A stretch of 10,193 bases of DNA, from positions 8,657-18,849 of the forward strand of contig CAYVOC010000021.1 of assembly GCA_964453345.1 (NCBI GenBank), given 5' to 3'. The DNA comes from an uncultured Aquificales bacterium (lineage in GTDB: Bacteria; Thermosulfidibacterota; Thermosulfidibacteria; Thermosulfidibacterales; Thermosulfidibacteraceae). A program made the translations under genes and the position numbers. Below, piece after piece: positions 6,890 to 10,193 of the stretch; positions within the stretch are counted from its first letter, which is position 1; the number at the start of each line of letters is the position of its first letter. Under the pieces are notes generated by a model. The model did not search any database. It was not told where the DNA came from and saw only the letters and a program-made list of their open reading frames with translations.

Positions 6890-8233
6890 CTATTGCAGCA
6901 TAAACAGCACCTTCTGCGCCCTCACGGCGGCCTCGGGGCTGTTGAAGATGGGGTGGATCTTCTTTGATTTCAGCCTCGCCACGTATTCCCTTTCGCCGCT
7001 TATGTAGGCGGTGATGGGCTTGTTGTATTTTCTGGTTATCTCGGAAAGCCTCTTCAACAGCATTTCTGCCTGCTCCCACTCGTGGTGGAAGAAGGGGCTT
7101 GCAAAGACTATTCCGTGGAAAAGCTCGTTTTGCGCAATTTTTTCCACTATGTCGGCGTAGGACAGAATGTCGAACACATCGCCCAAGTCAAGGGGATTTG
7201 TGGGCCTTATAACCCTCGCCCTGCTCTTTGAAAGCACAAAAGAGGTGATCTCCTCCGGGTAGTCGGGAAGGTTGAATCCGTTAAGACCTGCGGCGTCCGC
7301 AAGGATAACCCCCTCCCCGCCCGATCTGGAGACTATGGCAAGATTCTTCCCTTTAAGGGGCGGAAGCTGCAGCGCCTTTGCGGCAAGGATAAGCTCATCG
7401 GTTGTGTGCACCCTGAGCTTTTTCGCCTGCTTTATTGCGGCGCTGACTATCTCCTCCTTTGAGGCCAAGGATGCGGTGTGGAACTGGGCTATTCTTCTTG
7501 AGGCCTCCGTCACATTTGCCTTGTGCACCACCACGGGCTTGGGGCATTTTTGTAGCGCTTCGAAGAAGCCCCTTCCGTCTTTGATGCTCTCAAGGTAAAC
7601 CAGAATCACCTTGGTTTCGGGGTCCCGGCTTAAGAAATCTATGTAGTGGCTTTCGTTCAGGATCATCTTGTTTCCTATGCTCACCACCTTGCTCAGCCCT
7701 ATCCCCTCTTCGGCCAAGGCGCTTGCGTAGCCTGTGGCCACCCCGCCGCTTTGGGCGACCACCGCAACGCCCCCCGGTTTAAAGGTCTCAGGACTCAGGG
7801 CCACAAAGGGAGCCACAAAGCCCGTGTTGAAGTTCATGATGCCGAGACAATTAGGACCCACGATGAGAAGGCCGTGCTTTTTGGCGTATTCCTCTATGGC
7901 CTTTTCCATCCTTTTCCCTTCATCGCCGTATTCGGAAAAGCCGCCTGTGTAGATGATGAACCGTTTAACACCCCTTTCGTGAAGGGATTTGACCCTATCA
8001 AACACGGCCGGTGCGGGAATCAGAAGGCAGGCAACGTCTATTCCCTCCGGAAGCTCCGACACATCTGTTCTTATGGGGTGTCCCATGAGATACCCCTTTC
8101 TTCTTCCCAGAAGGTATATGGCACCCTTAAAGCCAAAGGAGACAAGGTTTAAAAGGATGAACCTTGCAAGATTGTCCTCTGAAGTGGATGCCCCGGCTAT
8201 CACCACGCTTTCGGGATTGAAGAGCCTTTCCAT
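6890..8233 (-). CDS. NDP-forming acyl-CoA synthetase (acetate--CoA ligase family), alpha/CoA-binding subunit
   Basis: LFNP.SV.I.GAS, GF.E, GPNCLG, QSGG, S.GN, YLE, putative phospho-His in QFHTASLA (codon 7478-7480), SGG, NPLDL. AGGAGG RBS on the minus strand at 8240-8245. Confidence 0.9.
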   Translation of the reverse strand: MERLFNPESVVIAGASTSEDNLARFILLNLVSFGFKGAIYLLGRRKGYLMGHPIRTDVSELPEGIDVACLLIPAPAVFDRVKSLHERGVKRFIIYTGGFSEYGDEGKRMEKAIEEYAKKHGLLIVGPNCLGIMNFNTGFVAPFVALSPETFKPGGVAVVAQSGGVATGYASALAEEGIGLSKVVSIGNKMILNESHYIDFLSRDPETKVILVYLESIKDGRGFFEALQKCPKPVVVHKANVTEASRRIAQFHTASLASKEEIVSAAIKQAKKLRVHTTDELILAAKALQLPPLKGKNLAIVSRSGGEGVILADAAGLNGFNLPDYPEEITSFVLSKSRARVIRPTNPLDLGDVFDILSYADIVEKIAQNELFHGIVFASPFFHHEWEQAEMLLKRLSEITRKYNKPITAYISGEREYVARLKSKKIHPIFNSPEAAVRAQKVLFMLQ

Positions 8234-8248
8234 GGACGCCCTCCTGTG

Positions 8249-8277
8249 TTGATAAGCAAAAACCTATTTGATAAACT
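8249..8277 (+). promoter_or_regulatory. Putative sigma70 promoter for the beta-subunit gene and downstream MNT/HEPN genes
   Basis: TTGATA (8249-8254) - 17 nt - TAAACT (8272-8277). Confidence 0.62.
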
Positions 8278-8289
8278 CAAACTTGTCAA
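8261..8289 (-). promoter_or_regulatory. Putative sigma70 promoter for the alpha-subunit gene
   Basis: Minus strand TTGACA (8289-8284) - 17 nt - TAGGTT (8266-8261). Confidence 0.7.
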
Positions 8290-8309
8290 TAAACCGCGCG
8301 GGGTGGATT

Positions 8310-8960
8310 ATGGCGACATCCGTCTTTCTGGGCGAGCTTGAGGCAAAAAGACTTCTTGCGGAAGAGGGCTTTTCCGTCAGCATGCCCTATGAGGTTAAGA
8401 GCCTTGATGAGGCCCTGGATGTGGCATCAAGGATAGGGTATCCCGTGGTGCTGAAGGTGGCCTCCAGCAAAATCGTTCACAAAAGCGATGTGGGCGGGGT
8501 CATCACAGGGATAGACTCGGCCGAGAAGCTGAAAGAAGTCTTTGATCCCTTCTTGAAGAGGATGAGGGAGATCGATCCCGAGGCTTCAGCCACCATCCAG
8601 AAGCAGTATCCTCCCTCTGTGGAGCTTGTGGTGGGCGTCTTTGAGGACGAGCTTTTCGGAAAGGTTATGATGTTCGGGCTTGGCGGGATACTCGTGGAGG
8701 TTCTCAAGGATGTTTCCTTCAGGCTCATTCCCATCACCGAAGCGGATGCGCTGGAGATGATGGACGAGCTGAAGGGCTCAAGGATCCTTGACGGGGTGAG
8801 AGGATACCCGAAGGTGGACAGAAATGCGCTTTCCAGGTTTCTGGTCAAGGTTTCGGAGTTTGCCGAAAAACATAACGTCACCCAGATGGATCTCAACCCG
8901 GTTTTCGCCTCGGGGGATGAGTTCATAATAGTGGATGCAAGAATGGAAGTGTGCAAATGA
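8310..8960 (+). CDS. NDP-forming acyl-CoA synthetase beta subunit (stand-alone ATP-grasp)
   Basis: E.EAK.LL, IGYPVVLK, HKSDVGGV, EL+VG..D..FG.V+MFGLGG+.VE+.KDVSFR, DLNP and VDAR motifs. Start placed at ATG 8310 after GGGGTG; the track's TTG 8268 falls within the promoter region. Confidence 0.92.
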   Translation: MATSVFLGELEAKRLLAEEGFSVSMPYEVKSLDEALDVASRIGYPVVLKVASSKIVHKSDVGGVITGIDSAEKLKEVFDPFLKRMREIDPEASATIQKQYPPSVELVVGVFEDELFGKVMMFGLGGILVEVLKDVSFRLIPITEADALEMMDELKGSRILDGVRGYPKVDRNALSRFLVKVSEFAEKHNVTQMDLNPVFASGDEFIIVDARMEVCK

Positions 8961-9277
8961 TAAGGGTGAGGCCCTTGAGTGATGAGGAGATTCTGTCTGA
9001 GGTTGTTTCTGTAATCAGCCGCTATTTGCCTGAGGCCACCGTTTATCTTTTTGGCTCAAGGGCCTCCGGAAGGGCTAAGGAAAACTCTGATTTCGACATA
9101 GCGATAGAGTGGAAGGAAAAGATACCACTTTCCACCATCTCCAGAATAAGGGAGAAGCTGGAGGATCTTCCCACATTGAAAAGCTTTGATATAGTTGATC
9201 TTAAAAGGTGCTCCGAGGAGTTTGTGCGCTCTGTGAAGGAGAGGGGAGTGGTTCTTTATGACGGAAAAAGAGCTTGA
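8957..9277 (+). CDS. Minimal nucleotidyltransferase (MNT, pol-beta superfamily; HI0073/MntA-like antitoxin)
   Basis: YLFGSRASGRAKENSDFDIAI (GS-x10-DxD), distal DIVD, terminal GVVLY. ATGA overlap with the beta-subunit stop. Confidence 0.9.
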   Translation: MIRVRPLSDEEILSEVVSVISRYLPEATVYLFGSRASGRAKENSDFDIAIEWKEKIPLSTISRIREKLEDLPTLKSFDIVDLKRCSEEFVRSVKERGVVLYDGKRA

Positions 9278-9404
9278 GGGTATGCTTTCAACCCTTGAAA
9301 GGGCCTACGGGCGGTTGAAGGAGGCTCTGCTCGTTGATCCCGAAGAGAATGAGCTGGCGATTGATGCAACCATTCAGAGATTTGAGTTTTTAGGAGCGGC
9401 CTGA
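9258..9404 (+). pseudogene. Truncated HI0074-type HEPN / nucleotidyltransferase substrate-binding subunit (48-aa remnant)
   Basis: GGGGAG upstream of ATG 9258. My translation MTEKELEGMLSTLERAYGRLKEALLVDPEENELAIDATIQRFEFLGAA*. D..IQRFEF is the family hallmark, normally continuing T.EL.WK and later an Rx4H motif in a protein more than twice as long. Confidence 0.85.
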
Positions 9405-9406
9405 AC

Positions 9407-9826
9407 ATGAACCGTGCGCTGGACTGGCTGAGGCAGGCCGAAAGGGACCTGGACAAGGCCAAAAACGATCTTGAGGCAGGCTTTTATGAATGGGCCTGTT
9501 TTGCCTGTCAGCAGGCTGCTGAAAAGGCGGTAAAGGCCCTGGGGATGCGGTATGGGCTGGATGTCTGGGGACATTCTGTAAGGGAGCTTCTGGAACTGGT
9601 GAGCAAGCACTGTAGCCTTGATGTGCCCCCTGAGGTTGCAAAATGGGCCAGAAAGCTGGACAGAATGTATATACCCACACGCTATCCAAACGGGCTTCCG
9701 GCGGGTGCCCCCTTTGAGCATTATGACGCTTCGGATGCCGAGGAGGCGATCCTTGCGGCGGAGAATATCATCAGGTTCTGCAAGAGCAATCTTCCTGGAG
9801 AAGGACAGGCTGATAAGGGTTATTGA
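9407..9826 (+). CDS. HEPN domain protein (classical COG2250-like type)
   Basis: AGGAG RBS at 9392-9396. Motifs WL.QAE.DL..A, Y.WACF..QQAAEKA+KA, GHS+..LL, LD..YIP.RYP and DAEEA. Confidence 0.92.
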   Translation: MNRALDWLRQAERDLDKAKNDLEAGFYEWACFACQQAAEKAVKALGMRYGLDVWGHSVRELLELVSKHCSLDVPPEVAKWARKLDRMYIPTRYPNGLPAGAPFEHYDASDAEEAILAAENIIRFCKSNLPGEGQADKGY

Positions 9827-10103
9827 AGGGGCTTCTGCCGAGTTGAAAGCCGCTTTCCCTTATGTAAAGGCTGTTTTTCTCTTCGGCTCTTTGGTCAGGG
9901 GAGATTTCAGGGGAACGAGTGATGCAGACATTTTGGTCGTTGTCTCTCATAAGCTTACAAAGGACAACTTTTTAAAAATCCGCAACGAAATCTACGATTT
10001 TCTGGCGGAAAGGATCCCAATTGGTTTCGACCTTCTTGTCTGGGACGAAGAGATGTTTATGAATTTGAAGGACAAATACTCCCCCATGCTGAAGCTGGCG
10101 TAA
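9753..10103 (+). CDS. Second minimal nucleotidyltransferase (MNT), partner of the upstream HEPN
   Basis: FLFGSLVRGDFRGTSDADILVV (GS-x10-DxD), distal FDLLV. Start inferred at TTG 9753, 6 nt after AGGAGG (9741-9746); the exact start is less certain than the product. Confidence 0.85.
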   Translation: MRRRISSGSARAIFLEKDRLIRVIEGASAELKAAFPYVKAVFLFGSLVRGDFRGTSDADILVVVSHKLTKDNFLKIRNEIYDFLAERIPIGFDLLVWDEEMFMNLKDKYSPMLKLA

Positions 10104-10193
10104 GGAGAGACCTTCTGACTCCACTGATTTTCTCACACCCCTCTTGAATCCCGGTTCATTTTATGGAATAAGGGTTCACCATGGGACGCAGGG

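Noticed and set aside
6872-6892. GGCGG...CCGCC hairpin between the convergent cyclase and ligase stops
   Set aside because: Short stem and no U-tract on either strand; not supportable as a terminator.
6033-7079. 348-aa minus-strand ORF spanning the cyclase/ligase junction
   Set aside because: Antisense to the GGDEF gene and out of frame with the ligase; no family motifs.
9386-9392. Possible -1 frameshift at GTTTTTA fusing the HEPN remnant to the next HEPN (that frame is open to 9407)
   Set aside because: Not a proper X XXY YYZ heptamer, the downstream gene has its own RBS, and no stimulatory structure was evident.
9402-9410. TGA read-through (selenocysteine) rescuing the truncated HEPN
   Set aside because: A second in-frame TGA follows two codons later and no family sequence resumes.
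9618-9752. Long N-terminal extension of MNT2 in the ORF track
   Set aside because: No RBS, unnatural composition, fully inside the HEPN gene; TTG 9753 is the better start.
10104-10193. Possible promoter (TTGAAT at 10144) and a gene start at ATG 10181
   Set aside because: Poor -10 match and only four codons visible before the window ends.
1-10193. CRISPR array, tRNA/rRNA, IS element or integrase
   Set aside because: No regularly spaced repeats, no intergenic gap with a recognisable RNA fold, and no transposase or recombinase motifs seen.

Overview
A densely coding bacterial window. Frequent AGG/ATA codons and Lys/Glu-rich proteins suggest a thermophile (inference only). In order: (1) a strong intrinsic terminator directly abutting the RBS of a secreted UshA/CD73-type 5'-nucleotidase; (2) a probable sigma28-driven late-flagellar operon: a very long fliD, fliS, a 98-aa ORF whose last 50 residues resemble a stand-alone flagellin C-terminal D0 segment, a 59-aa YjfB-like ORF missing from the ORF track, acylphosphatase, and possibly a membrane GAF-GGDEF diguanylate cyclase; (3) a split NDP-forming acyl-CoA synthetase whose alpha and beta genes diverge from two overlapping sigma70-type promoters; (4) a mosaic of HEPN/MNT toxin-antitoxin-type genes: MNT, a truncated HI0074-type HEPN (also absent from the ORF track), a full HEPN, and a second MNT overlapping it by about 74 nt. 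The best candidate for an undescribed system is the 'mini flagellin tail' ORF next to fliS and its coupled downstream genes. No rRNA, tRNA, CRISPR array or transposase was seen. All family calls come from motif recognition by eye; no searches were run.
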